In this document: positions 36,646 through 49,789 of the stretch, in pieces
How positions within the stretch are numbered: the first letter of the stretch is position 1
Layout: every line of letters begins with the position of its first letter
Assembly: GCA_003427395.1 (NCBI GenBank)
Contig: BFEA01000034.1
Span: 3,937,668-3,990,618 of the forward strand
Reading direction: 5' to 3'
DNA: 52,951 nucleotides
Origin: Chara braunii
Taxonomy: Eukaryota; Plantae; Charophyceae
The notes under the pieces: generated by a model
Database searches by the model: none
Seen by the model: the letters and a program-made list of their open reading frames with translations, nothing else
What the model was told of the DNA's origin: nothing
Translations under genes and position numbers: made by a program

Positions 36646-39566
36646 AAATCATCGCAAGCAGACATCGTGGATTCCATTTCAAGCAAAATGAAATTAAACA
36701 AGCAAAGTAAAATTTTCTAATTTAGTTGAAGTTTTGAATTAAAGTCAAGAAAATATACAAAAAGTCAAAACTCAGTCAAACTGAATGAAGGGTGGTATAA
36801 ATAGGGGTATACGGGATCCTAAGGGATATCGGGTCGACCTACCTTAAAGTCCTTTGCCTCCAGGATCCTGCCTGAGCCCTGACAGAGTTCTCGCAATCGG
36901 TGGGGTAAACCTCCCACAGAGGCCTTGGCACAAATTACGGGTTTCAATCCCGCCTGCTGCCTTCCTCTCTGTACCAAAAGACTAGACTGAGAGTCAGAAA
37001 GGCAGAATGAGAATCAGTAAGTCGCTCAGATACAAGGAAGGTGTGCCCAAACTCCCGTGAGAGGGCCTTGATTCCTTCAAGCGCCTAAGGGTCCCGCAAT
37101 GGTGGTCAAAATCATAAGAGGATGGCCAATCCATGCACAATTGCCGATCAAGCGGCTCTCTGACGGACTTCCAAGTTGCAGGAATAACTCTCCTTTCGCA
37201 GGCTGCTCACTCCCCCAAGCCGTGGCGTCACTCTCCCTAACCAAACCACCGCTACACAACCTTAAGGAGCCATGCTTGAGTACTGCACACCCTCGTGCTC
37301 TATTTGAGATGCAAACTGGAATGCTACAAACTCATCACAAGAATGCGCTACACACAATCATGAGCACTACCGTGTACAAATAGTAAAACTCAGTAGTACT
37401 TATCAGGCCACCGAGTCCCCGCAAGGTCTGGCTCCTTGGGTTACAGGTAAATTCCTCCTTCGGGCTAGTTCCAGTCGGCAAAGTGCGAGGAGTTTACACA
37501 GTCTAACACCGCTGGTTGCATCCGCTCACTGGATTGGTCATAAGCAGCACTCCGCCCGCCCTCGCTGCTAGATCATGTAGTCACCACACTCCCGGCGTCC
37601 ATGTGTAGGCAAGCCTCAACGAAAGATCAACAAGGCCTTGCATGTATGACAACTACGCGTCGCAATACCATAGGATGAGGAATGCACTCCCAATCCGTCG
37701 ATCCTTACTATGTCCGGACTCGGTGAGCTTTAGAACGGTCACGCACGCTGAGCAGCGATGCACCGCATCCGTAGCAGAATGGCAACCTTCCAACTAGCAC
37801 TTTGCGTGTGAAAGCCTCATGCAAAGAGGTCGCAGCGAGCCGATTGTGGCTGCAGATAACATCACCCTCTAGAAAAGTAACAACTGACTACTCCTATAAG
37901 GTATCGATAATAGTTGCAACTGAGGGACAATGCTTCTTCTTAGTAGCAGCAGTGACACAATACCCCAGCCTGGGTGAACAACAACAAGCAATGAGAAACT
38001 CAGTTGTAGCGCAGTAAAGAACTAGTAACAACATCAGTTGAAAACATCATAACTTTGATGACGACTGAGAACTTTAGTAGTTGCAACAATTTTGCACTTG
38101 CTCCTCCTCGCTCTTGTTAGTGTACTTGGCCAAAATCCCGACTCAATGCAAAGGCAATATAGCACTTTGAAACATGTCAGTATCCTTATGAGAGGAAATG
38201 GCAGTTGTGCGAATACTAACCACCAGGAGTACGAGTGCCATGCTACTTTTCGAAGCGTGCAGAAACAATAATGAACCTACCACTAGTCCGTGGTTAGGTA
38301 CGTGCATACTCTACCTCCCAGATTCTTCTTCTCCCTCGATCTCTTCCTACTCCCTCTATCTCAATCTCTCCTTCCTCGCTTGCCCACTGTTCTAACGCCC
38401 TCTCGTCTACTAGTTCATACTCATTCGATGTTGTGCCATGCTTCAAACTCTCGGATAGTCACAACATGAGAGGGAGAGGGAAACTTCTGCTAGATCAGGG
38501 AGAGATACGTGTAGCTTCACTGTAGGCCCCCTCTTCCCACCTTCCAATGCACCTGGCCGACACCTCGACAAGGTTCATATGTTCTAAACCATGTGTATGT
38601 GGGGGAGTAATCCGAGGGCGCACAAAACCATCTCAAGCCAAACACGACGAAGTTGGGCTGCGTGGCGAAGGTGACCGATATGGTGGAAAACACGATCACG
38701 AGGGAGAAAAATTGCCACTACTACGAGGAAGAGGACCTCGACGATTACGAGGTGGATGCAGACGATCCAGCGCCCTGTGCCAACAATCACTTAAGCGCAG
38801 GATGAACTTGAATCTTCAGCTAGACGTTCAGTAGGTACACCTCGACAAAGTCATTTGTTGCTGCCCCGTTTATCACATAGAAAAATTAGAAAAAAACTTT
38901 CGTTGGAACAAGCGAAGATACATTATCTTTAAGGCCCCCGCCCCCCCCCCCCCTCCCACGCATCCTATGCACACCGTAGCACCAAATCTGTTGCCCGACC
39001 ATCAAATCTGACATCGCCATTGAACTCACAACAGTTAGAAACCCCCAAACCGCACCATCATCTGCCTGCTAAGTATCGAGGGAGATTCCAAATTTTAGCT
39101 CCCGTCATGATCCTACTGCTCGATAGCTCCGCGCAGCCCATCACCTTCGTAGCCCCAAACCAACGATCAACCGGCCAAACTAACGCTCCCATTAAACTCG
39201 CAACGGCCAAACCCCCCTGGTTAGCATGTTTCCTCGCCCGATTCTGTTGAGAATCGAGCGAGATATTGTTTTTCTCCTTCTTGCCATAACCAACTTTTGC
39301 CATCTCTCCATGCAATCTTCCTTCCTGCCACCTCTCCCTGCACTAACTTTCTTTTGGATCCGACGTCGGATATGATGCCGCCTGCCCCTAAAACCCCAGT
39401 CTAACACTTTGTCCCGCCTTTTTCTGATAAGAAATGAGTATGATATCAACTTTCCTCTCCTGCCATGATCGTCTTTCTTTTCTCCTCGACGTCCTCGCTG
39501 TTGAATGTACTTGGCGCGACTCAACACCCAGGTTTGTCCCCTTTTTGCTGCCTTCGTACCACCGCT

Positions 39567-39898
39567 TGGTGCCAAACTGCGTGCTAACCAGGCCACCACA
39601 ACGGGTGCTCATTGATACAAGTAGCAGGACGGCGGCCGTGGATGTTGAAATCCGCTAAGGAGTGTATCACAACTCACCTGCCGATCAATCAGCCCCAAAA
39701 GATAACGCTGCAGCTTGCGACATATGCTCGACCGCTTGGGCTACTCCAACGCCTTGATGAGTTGGGGGGCGCAGGGCTGCTGCGTAGCCTGCAGCGTGAG
39801 CTTCGGTGAGGCAGGCCCTAGTGCAGATCTTGATGGTAGTAGCAAATATGCAAATAAGAACTTTGAAGGCCGAGGTGGGGAGGGGTCCTATGTGACCA
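39567..39898 (+). pseudogene. Degenerate 25S/28S rRNA fragment
   Basis: AGCAGGACGG..GAAATCCGCTAAGGAGTGT..ACAACTCACCTGCCGA and GTGCAGATCTTG.TGGTAGTAGCAAATAT.CAAAT.AGAACTTTGAAGGCCGA are conserved eukaryotic LSU motifs. Confidence 0.85.
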
Positions 39899-41155
39899 GC
39901 CTGCTGCAGCCAACATTGCTGTGAGCCTCTCGACAGTGCCCTGGGCCGCCCTCAAAGACCGAAGTGGAGCCGGTTCCATGGGAACAGCCACTGCAGCCGG
40001 TATCGCTGCAGGCCTTCCGATAGTGCCTTGGGCCACCTGTGCCCAGGCACAATCCGTTTGCCGGGTCCCAACAGGCATGCTCACACTCAAACCTCTCACG
40101 GTAGCTGGTGGTAGGCGGACGGTGCATCCACATCGAGCCCCACCACCTAGGCTTCTTCCTCCTCGTGGGCTAGGCTCCCACCGGGCCTACCAAGGCAAGC
40201 GCACGCTCAAGATCCTCGACTTCCGTGACGACCATCTGTGTCTAGTAATGTAATAGCCGAGCCAGACCCGTAGGTCCCGACGTCGGTCTCAAAACCGGTC
40301 ACCTAAGTCAAAGGCATCGGTAGCAATAAAAGCAGGAAAAAAAAAAAAAAAACTAAAAGCGAGGACACACGAAAAAAGTAAGGGGACGAGAGGTCGCGCG
40401 TCCCACTGGCCTGTGATGTAGCACACACCCAGATCACGCATGGTTGCACCTTGTTGTCGATACCATGAGCATGCCGCTCACCCAGGCGAGGACCTAAATT
40501 TCCTCTCCCCATGCGCGCCGTCAAGCAGATGAGGCTGCACTGGCGTGACTTGCAACCTTCCGTCTCAGTGCAGCGCTGCCCAGTAGGTCTCTCGCGCACA
40601 TGCTACTCGCTGATAGCGCACAAGTGCTTCAACAACACTTCAACACTTCTCACGAATGAGCAATCTCCGTTAAATGTGGCTTGCCAGTCCTTATATTGAA
40701 TTACATTGAGCCTCGATTCGTCCCAGCCTCTGCTTCCTTTGGCTTGACTTGGACCCGGTACCACATGCCCACGGTCTGCTTGCTTCAGAATGTCAAGGCC
40801 TGGTACTTTGCCCGAATTTCATTGGTGTGCTGCTGCTTGGGACTACGAGTCACAACTTTTCGTCTGTGGAAAATGATTTTTGAGTGTGGGATATGACTCT
40901 TGCCTCTGGGACGCAACTTTTGCCTGTAGAAGTGCACTTTGCCTATGGGATATGACTATTCAATATGAGACGTGACTTTTGCTTACAGAATGCAACTTTT
41001 GCGTTTGGGATGTGACTGTTTACCAGGTGCCTGTTGGACTTGACTCATAAGCTACCCGACTATGACCTTTATGAACTGGCCGACTCGGCCTCCCCTTGCT
41101 TGAGACCTTGACCCTGAAATTCGGATTTAGGGTCTGCATCGTGGAATGCCTTTCA

Positions 41156-41243
41156 AACAACAAGAACAAAACAACAACAATGACAACAACAACAATAACA
41201 ACGACAATAACCACAACAACCACAACCACCACCACAACAACAA

Positions 41244-41298
<55 letters not shown>

Positions 41299-41312
41299 TA
41301 TAAGAACAACAT
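41156..41312. repeat. (AAC)n microsatellite
   Basis: Long imperfect AAC run. Confidence 0.95.
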
Positions 41313-42728
41313 CATACGGATCAGGAGCACCCTGAGCTTCACAGATATCTATCACAACAGAACTCAGAGCCCCACCATCGAGTCCTTAAAAGTTAAAAAT
41401 CACTACAACTGGCAGATGCGAGTGCCCAAACACTAGAGATATACCGTCAACTAAGGAGGCTAATCCTTGTCAGGTGGAGTGTTGGAATCCAACTGCTTAG
41501 CCCAAGCCCTTTTGGGGTATGCCAGAGCAATGGGTGAAACTTGACAGTTGTCTAGTGCTGACGTGTAAGAATACATCCTTCTAGTGAATAAACGAATGGA
41601 ACTAGAGCTCAAGTATTCAAGATCGTGGGAAGGGATCTGGGTAAACGTTTAAGTGCGAAACCAGACAAATTCAGCTTGACCATCAATGTATTTGGAATAG
41701 TTTTAGCTTTACGTCAAAATCGTTTAAAATATATAGCGGATTTGCCATGCTAGCGTTGAATTGTTTTCGTAATTTGAAAATTCGACTTATTTTCGGTAAT
41801 CCATCATTACATAATAACACATGTACTATGGAAACTCTGACGCCACACTTCGTGCCGGCACACGGACAAAAAAGTTAAAGGCGTTCCCAAATTTTCTTGG
41901 TAGAGGCAACTTCGTTGCACTTAGGATCGCCGACCCTAAAGTTGACAGTTAGAGTTACTGCCGTCGTTTACTGGGGCTTCCATTCGAAGCTTATATGTCA
42001 TAAACGAATGAAGAGAAGGGTCTTTCCAGGAGCGCTAGGGCCAACCTGGTTAGTGTTACTGGACCATTAAAAGGCATTGATCCACAAACGACGAACTTGG
42101 ACAAAGATGATGACCACCGCGCATGGAAGAGGGCTGACATCAGCGCCCCTCCATAGCCGCGCTGTGAAGGAGACATGATAGGCGAGGGTGAGGTGGCACA
42201 CAGCCCGGAAGGAGGGTCCACCATCACGCAGACCCTCCACCAGCGAAAGTGACGTGGCGAACGACACAAGCCTCTGGGGGAAGCCCCGCTCTCGTGCAAC
42301 CCCTCCACTAGAGGCGCAAGCAAAGGAGAAACGCAACCGGTCATCCTGAACACACAACAAGAGGACAAGAGCCGTCCTTTGTTGGGGAACAGGAAAGAGA
42401 GTGGGACGACGAGCGAGCACAACAGCAGCGAAGAGAGCGAGACCAAAAGCGAGCACAACAGCAGGGAAGGGAGCGGGACGATGAGCGAGCGTGAAGGGAG
42501 TGGGACGATGAGTGAGCGCAACAGCGTGAGCAACACCGAGGGATACGGATCCCCAAAAATAAAAATAATTTTAAGAACAACTCACTGGCACGCCGCGGCA
42601 GGCCGGGCGACGCGATGCGGCCTGGAGGGGAAAACAATGGCCAAAAGGGGAAAAGGCCCAACAAACCAAGAGGGCAGAAAAATAGGGGGAAAAGAAAAGA
42701 ACAGGAAAAAATAGCCATGAGGAAGTAA

Positions 42729-42871
42729 GGGCATACTCACATAGGGACACGTTTGGAAGAGCTCTCTCCTCGATTGCATTCAGATGCACGAAACTTTCGG
42801 TCAATTACATCCAGATACAATCAAGTGTGAGTGTGGCCTAAGTCATCTTAGGTCCCAATGTGAGTATGTCC
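42729..42871. mobile_element. PIF/Harbinger MITE
   Basis: TAA|GGGCATACTCACATAGGGAC ... GTCCCAATGTGAGTATGTCC|CAA; ~20-bp TIR, right TSD one substitution from TAA. Confidence 0.7.
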
Positions 42872-42900
42872 CAAGAGGTCTGAGTGTCAGCATGCCTTAA

Positions 42901-43563
42901 ACCACCAATACACGGCCTCAGCCTTGCAACAAAATAACTTATCGCCACAACATTAAAAGGAGGGCTCGGGGCATGGTTGGAGCATCAGAAGGTTTTCAAA
43001 TTTTTGGGCCCATTCAAATCCGTATGTCCCAAAAAACAAAACAAGCTTTGGCCGTGATTGCAGTTGGATACACTTTTTGGAGTACCGCCCTCAGTGAGGG
43101 CACTTCGGCATAACGAGGAACACAGGGAGTACGACTGTCAGACTCACAAAAAAAGAAATTGGCCGTGAAAGTGGTTGGTTACATTTCGAACGGCGCTAGT
43201 GTGAGTATGCCCTCAGCAAGGGCGTTTTGCGCAAGAGGAATATGCGCTGCCTTGCTGGCAGGGAAATAAAGAAAGAAAAAAAGAGAAAAAAAGAAAAAAC
43301 AACAAATTGAATGTTTCCCTCTCCCCGTAATAGTGGTCAGATGAACTATGGAAAGTGATCGTTTGAGTATGGCCTCCACAACGTCCTTTCACGACATCAT
43401 TGACCTCTGGCATGTTTTTTCCTTTCTATTTTTTTTGTCCTTCAGGTAGACCGTCGGCATCAGTGCCACTTCCAAAATTCCCACTGCAGGTACCCACACG
43501 CAGAAGGCTCGGACAATAGCGGCGCTCAGTGGGCAGGTAGCTTCGGTCAGGTGTACTGGTGGT
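42901..43563. mobile_element. Non-autonomous TIR element flanked by TTAA (ACCACCARTACAC termini)
   Basis: TTAA|ACCACCAATACAC ... GTGTACTGGTGGT|TTAA. Confidence 0.75.
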
Positions 43564-44325
43564 TTAAAAGAAAGTTGGTGTGTCTGTGTGCCCTAAGTCG
43601 TTCGACACTCCTTGGGGACGCGATTCCGAGGATTCCATCGTCGTTCCACCTGTCCTCGGAGCCGATTTTCGGAACAGAAATGTGAAAACACTTCGAGGAC
43701 AAATCCTTGGGCTCCGAGGATTTCCCAGCCAAATCGTCCTCAGCTCCAAAGGACCTCGCGAGGTCCTTTGGAGCCCGAGGATCCGCGATTATCGGGGTGT
43801 TGGCGGCGAGTCCAAAAGGAAAAATGGAGGTCGAAGGTGGTTCACTGATGATCCACCGTCCGGAAGACGGACATCGCGGACCGTCCTCGTCCAAAACGTC
43901 CACCAACGGCCTCGTCATTTTACCGTTGGCGGTGATTGGCGGTACGGCCCTGTCGGTTCGTCGGGCGGCCCCACGCTGGTGCCGTGGCTAGCATCGGACG
44001 TCTTCGGCCGGGTCCTGGAGGGGTCGTGGCGTTCCCACCGGCTTCCCAACGGTCAAAAATACGGATTTTTTAAGCGTCCTCCCCCAGCCGGTGCTTGCAG
44101 CAATTTCGTACGTTGGGGTCTTCCCTCTCGCAACGTGTGTCTCCGGTCGTCGCGATCGCGACAGCACGTGTTCTGTCTCGGCTGGCCTGTCGTTCATGGC
44201 TGACCTGTACCGCAGGCTGCCTTTGCTGCTGCTCGTCGCTTGTCGTTGTCATCTTCCATATCTGCATCCTCGGTCGTGTCCCTGGGAGGAAACAAACGAG
44301 GCGAACGCCAAAAACGGGCGGGAAG

Positions 44326-46007
44326 ATGGAGACACCACAGACGAAGACCACGTTGTCCGTCGGGGCTGGGGGGTCGTCACATCAGCGTTGCAGCACTGCG
44401 GAAGGCGGAAGGCGGCAGGCGGCTGTACGACCCAACTTTGTACAACCACCTGCCGTCCCACGAGATTCTGTTGCCTCCGAGTGACGACGACGGTGACGAC
44501 ACCCGATCCTCAACGGTTCCTCTGGGAAGCGGTTCGACGCAGGATTGGATGGGGAGCCAGCTGTACAGACAGACATCAACGCCGACGTACACTGATCTGC
44601 TGGAGAGGCGGACCCCCGTTGGTTATGACGCAGGACTCGTAGATCTCAGCTTCGGTTTGAGGTCTGGGAGTGCAGAGGACGTCACACACACCGTTCTCGT
44701 GAACCCAACTTCCGACACCAACCACGCACCGCCTTCAGTGGGGCTGTCGGGCCTTCCTGATACCCACGCCTGGTGTTCTGGTCAGTCGGGCGACGAACGT
44801 GGAGTCCTTTTGCGAAGGCGGGGGGCAGTGGTTACAGCAGGTGTGGCCGTGTCGAGGACAAGGACAGGTGGATCGACGACGCCAACCGGTAGAATCGACG
44901 GACGAGGGGATGACGATGAGGGCTCCGCTGCGGAGGTCGTGGGACGAAAGGTTTGGGATGATCATCGGCGACAATCCCGTCAATCGAGCAAGTCCGCCAT
45001 AACGAGAGGGGTGGCGAACATTAATGTGAGGGCGGACGATGTATTCGGCGATTGCGATGGTGCAGGGGGCGAAGATTGCGCTGCAGGCAACGGGAGCAAT
45101 GACAACGACGAGGACGATGACGGGAAGATGGAGATTCGTCCGATAGGGAGGAAGCGGGGAGGGTCAAGGGCCACAAACAAGTCTACAGAGCCGCGCGCGG
45201 GGCGGGGAGGCAAGAAGGGTGCGGGAGATACGTCGACATGTGAGGTAGCAAAAAGCAGGGATTTTTGGACCGTGGACCACATGATTGCTGTGATCCGAGC
45301 TAAAAGAGACCAGGACTTGCATCTGGCCGGCCTCGGCCACAACAGCGGAAGGATGAAGACGAAGACATGGAAGTGGGACGACGTCGAGAAGAGGCTCGTG
45401 CAGATGGGGTTGATGAGTAGAAAGGCCGAGGACTGCAGGAAAAAATGGGACAACCTGTACCAGCAGTTCAAAACCGTGCACAAGTTCATGGGCGAATCGG
45501 GGAAGCCAAATTTCTTCACACTAACGCCGGGAGAGAGGAAGGAGCGGGGGTTCGATTTTCGGATGGATGAACGTGTGTATTCGAAGATGAAGGCCATGTC
45601 CAGGGGCGATCACACTATACACCCCACGAATCTCGCGGACACAGGTGTGGCCGAAGGTGTTCAAATGCCCTGTCCACGTGGAGGTCGGAATGAATCCGGC
45701 GGTAGCGAGGGATGCGGGGATGGACAGGACGACGATCAGGGATCGACGAGGGATTCAACGTTCAGCGGCGTTGGTGGTGGCGGGGGCGGCAGACGGAAGA
45801 ATGTAAGACAGCAGACCTTCGACACGATTGCGGACGACGGTGGACAGCGCGAGCAAGAGGCAGTGCTCAATTCTGATGAGGCAATGCAACATTCTGGAGC
45901 GAGAGCTAGAAGTGCAGAAGGAACACTACGTGAAGGCCGACCAGACGAACTTCATGATGTGCAACGCCCTTCTGGAGATTGCTAAAGCGATCCGCGAGCG
46001 ATCCTAA
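44326..46007 (+). pseudogene. Harbinger Myb/SANT-like (trihelix GT-type) DNA-binding protein, frameshifted
   Basis: FWTVDHMIAVIRAKR..KWDDVEKRL..DCRKKWDNLYQQFK trihelix domain; ATG 44326 joins the long ORF if a 7-bp duplication (GCGGAAG, ~44398-44411) is removed; second frameshift ~45833 leads to coiled-coil tail QCSILMRQCNILERELEVQK..LLEIAKAIRERS*. Confidence 0.85.
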
Positions 46008-46954
46008 TGCCGCTGGGCCACACATGTCCTACGTCCACGCGAATGCCACGTGTGCACTTCCGGAGCATCGGCGTTTACCGTCGTCCTGCGTGCTGCAGTG
46101 CGGTGTTGGGCAGGTTGTGGAGAGACGGCGGATCGTTTTTGGCACCACAGTTTTTTTTAAGCGTGGATTTGTTGGATGAGTGTGAAGGGTATTCATTGTT
46201 GTCATGCCCTGCGGCGCGTCCTTCGGTTTTGCATTAGGACCTCCGATTTTGAATACTGTTTAACGTTGTGAGGCGTTGCCGTCACGCGTGGATGGCGATC
46301 CACCAGGGTCTTGTTTGGGGGGGTGTCGGTGAAGGAATAGGTGTCAGGGTGTGTTTTTCGGACGGGAGGGGGGGAAATGGCGGACAGGGGTACCTCGAGT
46401 TTTTGGGGGTGGCGGACGAAGGATATGTGGCGGGATCTTTCGACCTCCCCCAGGGTCCTCCCGCGCGCCCGCATGCGTTGTTGGCCATGCGAGGGATCAA
46501 CAGCAGCCGGTGGGGAAAATGGTCCGTGCGTGATCGGCGAAGGGGCGGACTCTTGTGGATGGCGAGGCGTGTCCATGGTGTGCTGCGAGAGCGCGATATG
46601 TACAAAAGGAGAGTACGAGGGGCACTCCGTACGGCAATGATTCATTTCCCACTGTTCCAACGGCACTGTCTGTGAATTGAGTCGTCGCCGCAGGCCTGCA
46701 CATCCGCTTCGTCGCTCCACGCTTCCGCTTTGGGCTCCGCTGGCAGTGCCCCTTCATGCGCATCAAGCACGTGCGCCTCCTCGAACGTCGCCATCATTGT
46801 CGCGGCTCCGTGGCCAGTGCCCCTTCCTGCGCATCATCCACGTGCTCCTTCGGCCACGTGCCCGTCGTCGACTTCCACGCGTCCACCATCCACGTGGTCC
46901 TTCGTCGACGTCCTCCTTCGTCCACGTGGTCGTCGTTCCCGATTTGCGGATGAG

Positions 46955-48556
46955 ATGGCACCGAGGAACGCCTCAGGGAAGGGCAGGAAAGATAGCGGAG
47001 TAGGGGATGGGGGGGAAACCCAAAAAGGCAGAGGCCACGTGCCAAAGTCAAAAAGGAAGCGCGTCGATGAGGCTAGCTCCGAACACAATGACGACTTCCA
47101 GGCAGAGCAAGTGGTGATGGTGGATCCGCAAGGGACAACAGGGGCGATGCGATTGGGTTTTGGGCGGGATGGGGTGTCGAGGGAACAACTGTCCCCTATC
47201 AAACAGAGCATCGTTGTTGGTGGCGCCGGGATGTTGCCAAGGACCCCGAAGGCGGCAGGGGTTGTCATCACGGAGGCGCGCGTTTCGAGGCAACTTCCGG
47301 CGGTGGTGGGCCAGGGTCATCCACGTCAGCCACTCCCCCTGCAATAGGCGGGGGGTTCACATGGAGGCAAAGCACCGTCCGCGCAAAAGGGCGATACGAC
47401 GGCGAGCGACACTCGTACGTCGGCGGCGGATCACAGCAGTAGAAGCGTAGTCGCCGAAGGTGCGGAGGAGGCGAGGGTCGATGACGTCCGTCACGACGAT
47501 GGGAGAAGAGAAGGAAAGCGGGAGGGCGATGACGACGACGACCGTCCACTTGTCACGAGGTTGAAGGGAGCGGCAAAGGAGGACGATGTGGAGGAGAGGT
47601 CGAAGTTGTGGGTTGATTGCGACGCTTTCTGGGATCAGGGCCCGGGGAAACCATTGAGGGAGGCGGTAGGTGACTGCGCGGACTACTTTGTCGCCATCGC
47701 TAACGGAGGTGCAGGAGCTGAACCGCCTGCGATGCTCGTAATGCCGCCGAATGATGTGCCGCGCTTCAAGATCGAGGACCCTGCGAAGCGCGAACCCGCT
47801 TTGTGCAGAGCGCGCAACGTGGAAAAACTGGTGTTGCGCACCATCCACGGCTGGATCTTCAAATCGTCGTCGAGGTCGACTGGCTTCGCTTGTGCAGAGT
47901 CGTACATCAGCGTGGACTTAGCTACAGACGTCGCACGAGCAGTTTGGCAGGGATACGAATGGTCGAACGTGGTTTCCCCTACCCTGGTCTACCACACGCT
48001 GGCGATAAAGATGGACGTTCCTTTGTGGTTCGCGGGGGTGAAGATTGTGGACCGGCCTGAAGACGACGACATGGCGGCGCGGCAGGAGGCGACAATTCTT
48101 CGCATGGTGGACTGCTGGACAGATGCAGTCTGGTGTGGATAACGGGCGGATGGCGGCCGTGTGAAACAGGAGAGGTAGTCTCGGCTTGCGGATGATTGTC
48201 TTCGAGCGTTGTTGAGCGCGTGCATGTGGATCATGCGCATGGGTGGTGACGACGACCGATCGCACTACGAGGCGTGGTTCTACGCGTCCATGGTCGCCAA
48301 ACCCACAATGATAGCAGCGGGGTCCTACATCTTCAACTGGCGGCGACACATCGTCGACACCGCCAACCTCGTCTTGGATCGTATAGGGAAGGCTCACCTG
48401 ACGTTGGGAGATTACCCGCATTGCATTCCGGAATGGTCTGATTGTGGGTTGGTGTTCGGGCACAACGCGGCCCTGAAGAATGCAGCGGAAGCCGCGAAAC
48501 ACGGCTGGATCGGCAGCGGGCCCCCGGCGGAGGATGATGGAGATGACGACAGTTGA
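46955..48556 (+). pseudogene. Third transposon-internal gene, ~533 aa, unknown family (three in-frame stops)
   Basis: Track ORFs 46730-47347, 47561-48142 and 48209-48556 share one frame, broken only by TAG 47345, TAA 48140 and TAG 48176; basic NLS-like KSKRKR in disordered N-terminus, then a ~320-aa complex W/C/Y-rich domain. Confidence 0.75.
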
Positions 48557-49756
48557 CACGTCGGTTCGTCCACAACGCAGCGGCGGGGTGCGGATCGGCG
48601 ACCGATTGGCGAGGGGGATCACGAAACGACCAACTGGCCGCCTTCGACTGCAGACGTTGGCGCACGGGCGGGACAAGTGTTGGCGGGTGTTGGTGGTTGA
48701 GCAGGGGGAAAGGTGAGCTGGCCGGTCCTGCGCAGCTCGAACGACGTGGCGACGTCAGCAGGTGGCAGGACTGGCAGCAGGCGGTCCAACGGCGTGGCGA
48801 CGTCAACAGATGGCGTCGTAGTACATGTCTTGTGAACGATTTATTCGTGTTTTTTTTTATTTTTTATTTTTTTTTATTTTTATTTTTTATCGGAGCACAC
48901 TTTACACTTGTGCTCCACAAAAGGGTTTCTTAACTCGGTGGATGACACCACCGAAATGTACGTAAACGGCAGGAGTAGTGCGTCTTTGGTGTGGGTCGCT
49001 TGAACGGTGGACAGTCAGGAGAGAAGTGGATCGCCGCCTGAACTTTGTTGTGTTGTTCAAATGATTTCCTCAAATTTATGTTTTTGTGTCGACGGCGTGT
49101 GTGTGCATGCTTACGATTGCGTACGCAGTGCTTCTTTTATTGTCGTCTGTGTGGGTTTATCATGTAACGCAGGCGTTAATGACCATCGCATGCTCGTCCA
49201 CATCTTCTTTTGTATGCGGCATACTCATTCGGTCGTACGACTCGTGGCGTCGTTATCATCGCCGACACCTGAGAAAGCAAAAGAAAACAAGGAAATAGGA
49301 AGGAACCTATCCACACACTTTCATTGTCATCCTTTTATGTTTGCTGCCCGTGTTTCCCTTCATAATGCCATCGCTAAAACCTGATGATCGCGCGCACCGC
49401 ATGAAAGCCAAAATAAACGAAAAAACAAATAAATGGATGGTCACCGCGCAGTTGCCGAATAAACACATCTTTCGTGAGTTTTTCTTTCATTTCTTTTTCA
49501 ATGCACGTGAGTTATTAGTGGAACAACGAAGCTTTTCCGACTGCATTTAGCAAACACAAAGACGCGCAGACGACATGCATGACAGACATTCCATGTAGTT
49601 GAGAAAAAACATGTGTGCTCGAAAGAAGGATAGCAATTGAACGCACGAACATGTCCTCACACAAACATCATAAGAAAGCACACACCGTTCAAGCTCAAGG
49701 AAAACTGCGCTGTAAAGCACTTGCGAAACAGCGGGCTGACGAATTTGTTTGTGCCG

Positions 49757-49789
<33 letters not shown>

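Noticed and set aside
33374-38466. LTR retrotransposon
   Set aside because: Only weak TG..CA and PBS-like hints; no paired LTRs or gag/pol motifs visible, so not called.
46202-46720. Fourth gene inside the Harbinger element
   Set aside because: Several overlapping short GC-rich ORFs on both strands, none distinctive; needs a family consensus.
49381-49412. CTGATGA...GAAA hammerhead-like match
   Set aside because: Stem II imperfect and no stem III, NUH site or stem I.
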